A DNA stretch of 64,000 bases from contig CAWHCF010000014.1 of the NCBI GenBank assembly GCA_963827655.1, positions 64,001 through 128,000 on the forward strand, given 5' to 3'. How positions within the stretch are numbered: the stretch's first letter is position 1; the number at the start of each line of letters is the position of its first letter. A program made the translations under genes and the position numbers. Shown piece after piece: positions 50,552 through 58,306 of the stretch. The notes beneath the pieces are model-generated. The model was not told the origin of the DNA. It was given only the letters and a program-made list of their open reading frames with translations, and ran no database searches. This DNA comes from an uncultured Acidobacteriota bacterium. Lineage in GTDB: Bacteria; Acidobacteriota; UBA6911.

Positions 50552-53500
50552 CTACCGTTGCCTGCTACCGTCGCCTGCTTCCTGCTGCTTTTCCTTACCC
50601 GGCTCGACCAGGTTGAGCAGGTTCAAGTCTTTGGCATCCAGAAACAAGAATCTGCGCCTCCCAAGCTTCTTGGAATCGGCAATATACTTTTGCTTGTTGG
50701 GGAGCACCTGTTCAACGGTCTCAAAATAGAGCCGCAGGCTGGTGACCTCGGGAACCTTGCGATAGGCCTGCTCTCTTTCCGCGAAGCGGGCGCTTTCACC
50801 GCGACTTCGTTCGATGCGGGATTTGGAGTAACCCTCGGCCGCCAGAAGACGCGCGCGAGCCTGGCCTCGCGCCAGGGGGACTTGTTCCAACAAGTAACTC
50901 TCGGCTTCGTTGATGCGCGTGCTCTTCTCCTCCAGCGCGCTGGCGACGTCCCTGAACGACTCGACCACCTCCACCGGAGGATGAACGTCCTGAAGGCGCA
51001 CCGACAGCACTTCAAGCCCGCTGTCGTATCGTTTCAGCATCTCACTCAACTCTCCCTGCCACGCCAGCTCGATTTGAGATCTCTGGTCGGTCAGGATGGC
51101 ATCGAGAGGATGCCGCGCCACAATCCAGCGCAGCGTCCGCTCCGCGACTACACGAATCAGGGTCTCGGGTTCCTTTACGTTAAAGAGATAGAACGCGGGA
51201 TCGCGAATGCTGTACTGAGCCACCGCGTTGACTTCGACCAGGTTTTCATCGCCGGTAAGCATCAGCGATTCCTCGGCAACTTTTCGATAGCGTCCCTGCC
51301 GATGCTGCGTATTCCACTCGTAGACGCTCGGTCCCTCTTCGCCTGACGCGGCCTCCAAGTTAGTCCGGTAGCCGATCTCCACGACCTGAACCCGGCGCGG
51401 TGCCAGTCGAGTCACCTTCTCGATCGGCCAGGGCCAGCGGTAGTGGATACCTGGATCGAGGTTCACGGCCAGACGGCCGAAACGCCAGACCACGCCCACC
51501 TGATCGGGTCCCACCAGGACCAGCCCGGACAGTATCCAGAGCAACGTTATCGCCGCAACACTCCAATCGCGGATCGCGCGGCGGTTGTGCGAGAGCTTGT
51601 GTGAAAACTCGTGCCAACCATGTAGGGCCAGGTGCTGACGGGCGTGCTGCCAGCGATGCCGCCAGACGGACGCGGCGGCTGACAGCCGGGATTCCTCTAC
51701 CGCCTTTCCTTCGATCAGCAAGCGAACACAATTCAGGATCACAAAAAGAGAGGCCGCCTGGTGAACAATCGCCGCGATCGGCGGACTAAGATAGCCGAAG
51801 GCTGCGCCCAGGATCGCGATCAGATTCACGCCGAAGGCGAACAGGATAATGCTGGAACGGATGCGCTGGATGGTCTTGCGCGCGAAGGCGATAAGATCCG
51901 GGATCTGTTCGAGGCGATCCTTGAGGAAGACTACATGAGCCGCTTCGGCGCTTATGTCCGCGGCGCCCCGCCCCATCGCAAGGCCCACGTCAGCGACCGC
52001 AAGGGAAGGTGAGTCATTGACGCCATCGCCGGCCATCAGAATGCGCAGTCCCTCGTTGCGCAGTTCGCGAATCTTCTGGGCTTTGTCCTCCGGCAGCAAA
52101 CGGGCATAGACCTCGGAGATGCCCGCCTGCCGGCCGATGTTTTTTGCCGCCAGCTCCTCGTCGCCGGTTACCATCAAGATGCGGGAGATTCCCATTTCCT
52201 TGAGGCGCAGCACCGCGTCCGCAGCATCCGGGCGGAGAGGGTCGCTGAGACCGATTACGCCGATCGGCTTGCCATCCGCCAGCACAATCACTCGTGTCTG
52301 ACCACTGTGCGCGCCGGCGAAGAGGGCGGCCTCGGCCCAATCCAGGTTTTCGGCGGCAGCTTCGCGAGCCAGAGCGAGGTTTCCGACCCGTACCTGCTTG
52401 CCGTCAATCCGGGCCTGCACTCCCAGCCCGGGGCGTATGGAAAAATCCTTCGGGTCCTGAAGGGCGAGTCCGCGACGGGCCGCCTCCTTTACAATCTCCC
52501 GTCCCAGCAAGTGCTCGGACGGTTTTTCCGCGGCCGCGGCCAGAGCGAGTAAATCGTCCTCGGGCACACCGGGTGCGGGCACGACGTCGCTCACACGGGG
52601 GCGGCCTGCCGTCAGAGTGCCGGTCTTATCGAAGGCAACGGCCCGAACCCGCGCCAGCGCCTCGATAATGGTCCCCCCTTTGACGAGCACTCCCTCCCGC
52701 GCCAGACGCGCGATCGATGCCGCTACCGCCGCAGGAGTCGCCAGCACCAAAGCGCAGGGACATGCAACAATGAGCGCGGCGACGGCTCGAAGCGTCTCTC
52801 CGGTGAAGAAGTAAATAGCGCCGCCCGCGACGAGGACCACGGGGAGGAAGTACTTGGCAAATTCGTCCGCCGTGCGTTCTATCGGAGCGCGGTGTTTCTG
52901 AGCTTCAGCAATAAGACGGCTGATACGAGCCAGGGTCGTGTGCTCGCCCACCCTCTCAGCCCGGGCTTCGAGCACGCCGTATTCATTCACACTGCCGCTA
53001 TAAAGGGCATCCCCGGGGCTCTTCTGGGCCGGAAGGGGCTCACCGGTGATCATGCTCTCGTCAACCGAGGACTGGCCCAGCACGACGATCCCATCCACCG
53101 GAACCTTCTCTCCGGCCCTGACTATGACGGTATCGCCAACCCTCACCTCATTGGGATGTAGCTCGACCTCGGCCCCGTCGCGCCGGACGCGGGCCACCGT
53201 GGGGGTCATTTGAACAAAACCGGCTATCGCCCGCTTGGCGCGGGCGACGGTGTAGTGTTCCAGCCCCTCTCCCACCAGCATGATGAACATGACTTCGGCG
53301 GCGGCGAAGTATTCACCGACAGCGACGGCAGCGATGGCCGCGACTGCGATCGCAAGGTCCGCCGACAGCCGACGACTGAGCAGGTCGAGCATGGCCTGGT
53401 AGATGATCTTGTAGCCCGCGACAATTGCGATCAGAAGCGCCGTGTTGAAGCCAAACAGGGTGGTAAACTTGCCGAGACCGTTCAGCAGCAATAACACCCC

Positions 53501-53608
53501 GACGGCCGCGGTGAAGGCAAAGTAGCCCCACATCGATGTGCCATGCACATGGACGTGGTCCCCATGCGTACCGGGGGAATGATCATGATCATGAAACGAT
53601 CCGCTCAC
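50552..53608 (-). CDS. P1B-type heavy-metal ATPase fused to a C-terminal HflK/SPFH domain
   Basis: His-rich N-terminus; [25 protein letters not shown] and GDGVNDSP; then TM + [19 protein letters not shown] and [11 protein letters not shown] in the same frame. Confidence 0.93.
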   Translation of the reverse strand: MSGSFHDHDHSPGTHGDHVHVHGTSMWGYFAFTAAVGVLLLLNGLGKFTTLFGFNTALLIAIVAGYKIIYQAMLDLLSRRLSADLAIAVAAIAAVAVGEYFAAAEVMFIMLVGEGLEHYTVARAKRAIAGFVQMTPTVARVRRDGAEVELHPNEVRVGDTVIVRAGEKVPVDGIVVLGQSSVDESMITGEPLPAQKSPGDALYSGSVNEYGVLEARAERVGEHTTLARISRLIAEAQKHRAPIERTADEFAKYFLPVVLVAGGAIYFFTGETLRAVAALIVACPCALVLATPAAVAASIARLAREGVLVKGGTIIEALARVRAVAFDKTGTLTAGRPRVSDVVPAPGVPEDDLLALAAAAEKPSEHLLGREIVKEAARRGLALQDPKDFSIRPGLGVQARIDGKQVRVGNLALAREAAAENLDWAEAALFAGAHSGQTRVIVLADGKPIGVIGLSDPLRPDAADAVLRLKEMGISRILMVTGDEELAAKNIGRQAGISEVYARLLPEDKAQKIRELRNEGLRILMAGDGVNDSPSLAVADVGLAMGRGAADISAEAAHVVFLKDRLEQIPDLIAFARKTIQRIRSSIILFAFGVNLIAILGAAFGYLSPPIAAIVHQAASLFVILNCVRLLIEGKAVEESRLSAAASVWRHRWQHARQHLALHGWHEFSHKLSHNRRAIRDWSVAAITLLWILSGLVLVGPDQVGVVWRFGRLAVNLDPGIHYRWPWPIEKVTRLAPRRVQVVEIGYRTNLEAASGEEGPSVYEWNTQHRQGRYRKVAEESLMLTGDENLVEVNAVAQYSIRDPAFYLFNVKEPETLIRVVAERTLRWIVARHPLDAILTDQRSQIELAWQGELSEMLKRYDSGLEVLSVRLQDVHPPVEVVESFRDVASALEEKSTRINEAESYLLEQVPLARGQARARLLAAEGYSKSRIERSRGESARFAEREQAYRKVPEVTSLRLYFETVEQVLPNKQKYIADSKKLGRRRFLFLDAKDLNLLNLVEPGKEKQQEAGDGSRQR

Positions 53609-53677
53609 TCAAGCTCCCTTTGAATAGACAATCATTAACATAAAGAGGCCGGGACAGAAAGCCTGATGCTTCCCAAA

Positions 53678-53748
53678 AAGTAGAAAGTAAAAAGTGCTGA
53701 GTTGAAAGTTGCCTTTTTACTCAGCACTCAGCACTTTTTACTTTTCTT
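53678..53748. repeat. AGTGCTGAGT / ACTCAGCACT short-repeat inverted element, copy 2
   Basis: AAGTAGAAAGTAAAAAGTGCTGAGT ... TTTTTACTCAGCACTCAGCACTTTTTACTTT. Confidence 0.75.
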
Positions 53749-53770
53749 AGGGCTATAATCACTGACTCAT

Positions 53771-55018
53771 ATGCCGCGCACGAACTCAATCGAGATCATT
53801 CGCAAAACGCTGGATCTTGCCGGCCACGAGCTGCAGATCCTGCATCAGATCAGCCAGACCATAAGCTGCAGCCTTGACCCGGACCAGATCCTGCGGCACA
53901 TCATCGACCTGGTGGTCGACGTCACGCGCGGAGATTCCTGCCTCCTGTACCTGCTCGACGAGACCGAACAGTCACTCATCCTGAGGGCTTCCAAGAACCC
54001 TCACCCCCGGATCATTGGCAACATCTCGCTCAAGGTCGGCGAGGGGATCACCGGTTGGGTGGCGCGTGAGGCCAAACCGGTGGCGATTCCCAGGCATGCG
54101 AGCAAGGATGCCCGCTTCAAGTTCTTTCATAATCTGCCGGAGGACCGTTACGAAGCCTTTCTCTCGGTTCCCATCATCGCACCCACCGATCGCATGATCG
54201 GAGTCATCAACGTGCAGCATCGGCGGGCGCATCGCCACACCGAACAGGAAATAACCCTCCTGTCGATAATCGGACATCAGGTCGGAGGGGCAATCGAAAA
54301 TGCCCGCCTCTATCAGGAGACGAGCCGCCGGGCGCAGCATCTTTCGGCGCTGGCGCAGGTCGGGCAGATCATCGTCTCCGGGAAATACCTCGAGGAAATG
54401 CTGCAGCTCATCGTCAGCTTCGTGACCGAAATGATGCCGGCCCGCGTCTGCTCGATCATGCTGGTGGATCGGAAAAAGAACGAACTGGTGCTGAAGGCGG
54501 CAAAGTGCTCCAGCCAGGAGTACTGGCAGCGACCCAACCTGAAGATCGGACGGAGTCTTATCAGCCGGGTCGTCAAAGAAAAACGGCCGCTGATTGTCCG
54601 CGACGTAACCCATGAGGTCGAGTATCGCTATCCGGAGCTAGCCAAAAGGGAAGGTGTGCGCTCTCTCCTGTCGGTCCCGATGATCGTCAAGGACCATGTC
54701 ATCGGCGTGATCAATATTTATGCCGCCGAGGAACGCGAGTTCTCCGATGAGGAAGTCCGCCTGCTCTCGACCGTGGCCGACCAGGCAGCCCTGGCAATCG
54801 AAAACACGAAGTTGATGGTGGAGGCGCAGGAGAGCCAGGAAGCTCTTCATGCGCGCAAGCTGGTCGACCGGGCCAAGAGCATCCTGCAACGCCAGGCGCA
54901 GCTTTCTGAGGACGAGGCTTACCGGCGGCTCCAGGAACAGAGCATGCGCACACGGCGCTCGATGCGGGAGATTGCCGAAGCCGTCATTCTCGCCCACGAA
55001 ATGCAGACCAACCGCTAG
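53771..55018 (+). CDS. GAF-GAF-ANTAR RNA-binding regulator
   Basis: Two GAF domains (LKVGEGITGWVA...FLSVPI; SLLSVPMI...VIGVINIY). C-terminal ANTAR RKLVDRAKSILQ...SEDEAYRRLQEQSMRTRRSMREIAEAVI. TATAAT at 53754-53759. Confidence 0.93.
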   Translation: MPRTNSIEIIRKTLDLAGHELQILHQISQTISCSLDPDQILRHIIDLVVDVTRGDSCLLYLLDETEQSLILRASKNPHPRIIGNISLKVGEGITGWVAREAKPVAIPRHASKDARFKFFHNLPEDRYEAFLSVPIIAPTDRMIGVINVQHRRAHRHTEQEITLLSIIGHQVGGAIENARLYQETSRRAQHLSALAQVGQIIVSGKYLEEMLQLIVSFVTEMMPARVCSIMLVDRKKNELVLKAAKCSSQEYWQRPNLKIGRSLISRVVKEKRPLIVRDVTHEVEYRYPELAKREGVRSLLSVPMIVKDHVIGVINIYAAEEREFSDEEVRLLSTVADQAALAIENTKLMVEAQESQEALHARKLVDRAKSILQRQAQLSEDEAYRRLQEQSMRTRRSMREIAEAVILAHEMQTNR

Positions 55019-55043
55019 TGTTTCTTCGTGTCTTCGAGAAACG

Positions 55044-56261
55044 CTAAGAACCTGGTACTTTCGCGATTACGATCGTCGTATCGTCCTCGGGCTGCGCTCT
55101 TCCACTGAAGCGACTCAGCTCCCCATAGATTTGCTCGCACAGCTCTCGCGCGCCGAGCATCGCATGAGCCCGCACGAAAGTCTCGAGTCGCTCTGTCTCG
55201 AACATCTCCCCTTCCACGCTCTCCGTCTCGACCACTCCGTCGGTGTAAAGAACCAGGGTGTCTCCCGGCAGGAGATCGATGAAGCGCTCGTTGTACGCTG
55301 CTCCCGCAAGAATACCCAGGACGGGCCCGCCACTCGAGAGATAGCGCCGACGGCCGTCGGCGCGCAAAAGGATTGCGGGATGATGCCCGGCGCTGCTGTA
55401 GGTCAGGCGGCGACGCCCGGTATCCAGTACTCCATAGAAGGCCGAGACGAACTGGTTGTCCTTGAGCCACTCCTTCAGCAGGTTGTTTACCTTGGCAAAG
55501 ATGGTTCGGATCGCGTAGTTGTTTCGGATCTCAGCTCGCAAAAACGCGCGAAAACTGGCCATGATCAGCGAAGCCGGGATGCCTTTACCGACCACGTCGG
55601 CTATCACAATCCCAAGATGCCCCTCCACGATGGGAATGAAATCGAAGTAGTCGCCCCCGATCTCCTCCGAGGGAATGTAGATGCCACTGAGGTCGAGACC
55701 GGAGAGTGTTGGAGCGCCCGTCGGCAGCAGGCTTAACTGCACGTCTCGAGCGATTCTCAATTGCTCACCGAGTCGCCGCTTTTCAGCCATTCCCTGGTAG
55801 ATCGCAGCCTTGGCAAGGGAGATGGCGGCTTGCGAAGCGACCACCGACAGCCATTCCAGGTCCTGCCGGTTGAAGCCGTCAGGTCGATTGCTTTCCAGTT
55901 TGAATGCGCCCAGAACCTTTTCCTGATTCACAATCGGCACAGTCAGCTGGCTGCGCGTCGCTTTCTCAGGCTGCGACATGTTTTCCACCAGGATGGCCTC
56001 ACCCGTTTCAAGCACCTTCCGGACCATCCCTCCCACCTTCTCCAGGCTAAGCTCGGGTTGATCGAGTCCGCTGGAGTTCCGCCCGGCGACGCGGCTCACG
56101 GATCCGTCGTCCTGGTTAAGGACGTAGATTTCGGCGGAATCGTAAGGGATCACAGTGTGCACCGAATCGACGATGAAGCTCAGGTCCTCGCGCGCATCAA
56201 GCGAAGCGCCGAGCTTTTGATTTATCGCAAGAAGCACTCGAAGTCTCGATTCGTCCGCCAT
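55044..56261 (-). CDS. GAF + SpoIIE/PP2C serine phosphatase (RsbU-like)
   Basis: IGGDYFD, IADVVGKGIPA, LYTDGVVE and EDDTTI. Confidence 0.93.
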   Translation of the reverse strand: MADESRLRVLLAINQKLGASLDAREDLSFIVDSVHTVIPYDSAEIYVLNQDDGSVSRVAGRNSSGLDQPELSLEKVGGMVRKVLETGEAILVENMSQPEKATRSQLTVPIVNQEKVLGAFKLESNRPDGFNRQDLEWLSVVASQAAISLAKAAIYQGMAEKRRLGEQLRIARDVQLSLLPTGAPTLSGLDLSGIYIPSEEIGGDYFDFIPIVEGHLGIVIADVVGKGIPASLIMASFRAFLRAEIRNNYAIRTIFAKVNNLLKEWLKDNQFVSAFYGVLDTGRRRLTYSSAGHHPAILLRADGRRRYLSSGGPVLGILAGAAYNERFIDLLPGDTLVLYTDGVVETESVEGEMFETERLETFVRAHAMLGARELCEQIYGELSRFSGRAQPEDDTTIVIAKVPGS

Positions 56262-56497
56262 CCCGAAAACCCTGCCTGTCTTGGTCTGTTCCCGGGCGGG
56301 CGGTCGTCTCGAACCTGAACCGCCACGCATGGGAAATACGGATAGTAACATTTGGGCAGGGGTTGCGGGTGGAAGACGTAAAGAATTGCGAGCGCGTGTT
56401 ACGGAAGGAAATTCGACCTTGCGTTAGTGTCCCCGCGCCTTCGTGGTCAGGCGCTCACCACGAAGACGCGAAGACGCGCAGGAATGCTTAAGGAACT

Positions 56498-57850
56498 CTA
56501 ACGCTCCTGACCCATCAGGTAAACAAGACCGATGGTCGCGGTCGTCTGGCTGCGGCTCAGGACGCCCGATCGCTTTTCGAAAAAGGGCCGGTCAGACCAA
56601 TCGCCCCGGTACTCTGCCCGCATGAGCAGCGCGCCGCGAGCCTTGAATTCCATGGTGAAGGTCGCTTCCTTGAGCGTCTGAGCCAGGCCGGTAGTAAACC
56701 CCTGAGGGTCGTCAAACCACTCTACCCGGGGGGCAATGGCAAACCACGGTGTGACGGCGAAGCGGAAGTATCCTGCCACACCCTGCCATCGAACTCTCTC
56801 CCCCAGGAGTCGATCCATTCCGTAGTCATAGTTGAACATCAGCGACAAACGGTCGGTGGCATTCACCGTAAGGATCGTGTCCAGGACGTGGCGGCTGTCG
56901 TCGCTGTTGTCGAGCTGCTCGGCGCCCACAATGTAGTTCTGGATCAGGTTCAGTTTCCTGAAAGGCGTGAAATTGACCGAAAGACCGACGCTCTTTCCGC
57001 CATTATTGTCGACCACATTGTTCCAGCCGTTCACGAGTAATCCCGCCACCGTCAGTTTGTCACCCAAGGGGTACGAGACGCGCGCGCCGAAGTGGTAGTA
57101 AGGAATTGCCCATGAGAAGAGCAGGGATCGCGAATAGTTATAGTTCAAGGGCGTCTCGATCACCTCGGCTCCCATATGGGTGACGAATTTCCCGACGTCC
57201 ACGCTGAGGCCTTTTCCCAGCGGCGCCTTGTAGGTCACATAGGCTTGCTGCAGGTACTGGTAGACGTCGGAGCCGCCGGGCTCGGCGGCATGCACGAACT
57301 TGGCGGTGTCGCCGAAATTCAGGTCCAACCGGAATCCCAGCGGGTCTGCTTTCCGCTCCATCGCGAGCTCGATCAGGTTCAGGCTGAACTGGTTATGATT
57401 GAGGTCGAAATTCCGTAACGGGTTCTTCCGGCTCGGTGGGCGGTTGAAGTTGTAACCATAATACGTGTCGGCAAAGCCGCTGAATTCGATCTTGTCAAAA
57501 AACGAGGCTCTGTTGCCGGCAGGCGGGGCAGGATCGGCCTTAGCCGGCTCTGCGGTCGAGCCATTCGCTCCCTCGGCAATCACAGCTTCCGGCGCTTTCC
57601 CGTTATCCTGGCTTGCCGAGCCTCGACCCTCCAGTTCCCGGAGGCGAGCCTCCAGCACGCGAATGGTTTCCTCCAGACTGCTGATCCGTTCCTCGGTCGA
57701 GGCTGCTTTGGATGCGGAGCCGGTTGGAGTGTTTCCTGCAGTGGCAGCCTCATCCGGGGATGGATGCGCCCGGAGAGTCGTGAGGTTCAGACCTGCAAAG
57801 AAAAGCAGCAGTAACGAAAGCTCTATCAGACTTCGTCTTGCTAAAAACAT
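56498..57850 (-). CDS. Outer-membrane beta-barrel porin (BBP2/DUF1597-like) with N-terminal coiled coil
   Basis: Signal peptide, coiled coil, FADTYYGYNFN, LQQAYV, GKFVTHMGAEVI, NYNYSRSLLF, NGWN and RAEYRGD. Confidence 0.88.
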   Translation of the reverse strand: MFLARRSLIELSLLLLFFAGLNLTTLRAHPSPDEAATAGNTPTGSASKAASTEERISSLEETIRVLEARLRELEGRGSASQDNGKAPEAVIAEGANGSTAEPAKADPAPPAGNRASFFDKIEFSGFADTYYGYNFNRPPSRKNPLRNFDLNHNQFSLNLIELAMERKADPLGFRLDLNFGDTAKFVHAAEPGGSDVYQYLQQAYVTYKAPLGKGLSVDVGKFVTHMGAEVIETPLNYNYSRSLLFSWAIPYYHFGARVSYPLGDKLTVAGLLVNGWNNVVDNNGGKSVGLSVNFTPFRKLNLIQNYIVGAEQLDNSDDSRHVLDTILTVNATDRLSLMFNYDYGMDRLLGERVRWQGVAGYFRFAVTPWFAIAPRVEWFDDPQGFTTGLAQTLKEATFTMEFKARGALLMRAEYRGDWSDRPFFEKRSGVLSRSQTTATIGLVYLMGQER

Positions 57851-58077
57851 GGACCGCCTCTCTTCTGAAGAGGCAGGGCGGATACTCGGACGAGCCTTGC
57901 AGCTTCAAGCGCGGATCGGGTATGTGATAGGATTCCCGTCACGAGAAACTGGCCCTGCCAGTTGATCGCCTAGAGACGAGGGGGAAGGCCGACCAGACAC
58001 TCTCCCTCGCCTCACCTCAACGCCATCAGGCCATTACCTGAGATCGCCTGCCTTCTCGGGACTGGAGACGACAGGGC

Positions 58078-58127
58078 AAAAAAAAACGTCTGCAAGCCGA
58101 GAGATCTCCTCTTCGGCTTGAAGACGT
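58078..58127 (-). terminator. Intrinsic terminator 2 in the porin leader
   Basis: RNA ACGUCUUCAAGCCGAAGAG-gagau-CUCUCGGCUUGCAGACG followed by U9. Confidence 0.9.
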
Positions 58128-58153
58128 CGTCGTCAGAATATGACTTCGGTGTC
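58123..58153 (-). ncRNA. ANTAR-target dual hairpin, module 2
   Basis: GAC-ACCGAA-GUC, 7-nt linker, GAC-GACGAC-GUC; the second hairpin overlaps the 5' arm of terminator 2. Confidence 0.8.
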
Positions 58154-58155
58154 GT

Positions 58156-58198
58156 AAAAGAAAAAAGTCTTCAAACCCGGCTCGGGGCTCGAAGACTT
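58156..58198 (-). terminator. Intrinsic terminator 1 in the porin leader
   Basis: RNA AAGUCUUCGAGCCC-cgagcc-GGGUUUGAAGACUU-UUUUCUUUU: 14-bp stem with two G-U pairs. Confidence 0.9.
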
Positions 58199-58233
58199 CG
58201 TCGTCTCTCCGTCAGCGATACGTCCTTGTATCG
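58193..58233 (-). ncRNA. ANTAR-target dual hairpin, module 1
   Basis: CGAUAC-AAGGAC-GUAUCG, 9-nt linker, AGAC-GACGAA-GUCU; the second hairpin overlaps the 5' arm of terminator 1. Confidence 0.85.
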
Positions 58234-58242
58234 TTGGCGCAT

Positions 58243-58271
58243 CTTTTAAGCTCTATCGCGCCGGGAGTCAA
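58243..58271 (-). promoter_or_regulatory. Candidate sigma70 promoter for the porin leader
   Basis: TTGACT-N17-TAAAAG just upstream of the first hairpin; the -10 is imperfect. Confidence 0.45.
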
Positions 58272-58306
58272 GAGAATTGTGCAGGGAAGTAACTTGACCG
58301 CGAAGA

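Noticed and set aside
58078-58233. Porin leader as a metabolite riboswitch, T-box or leader-peptide attenuator
   Set aside because: I recognised no aptamer or T-box consensus and no leader peptide; twin hexaloops overlapping terminators fit ANTAR better.
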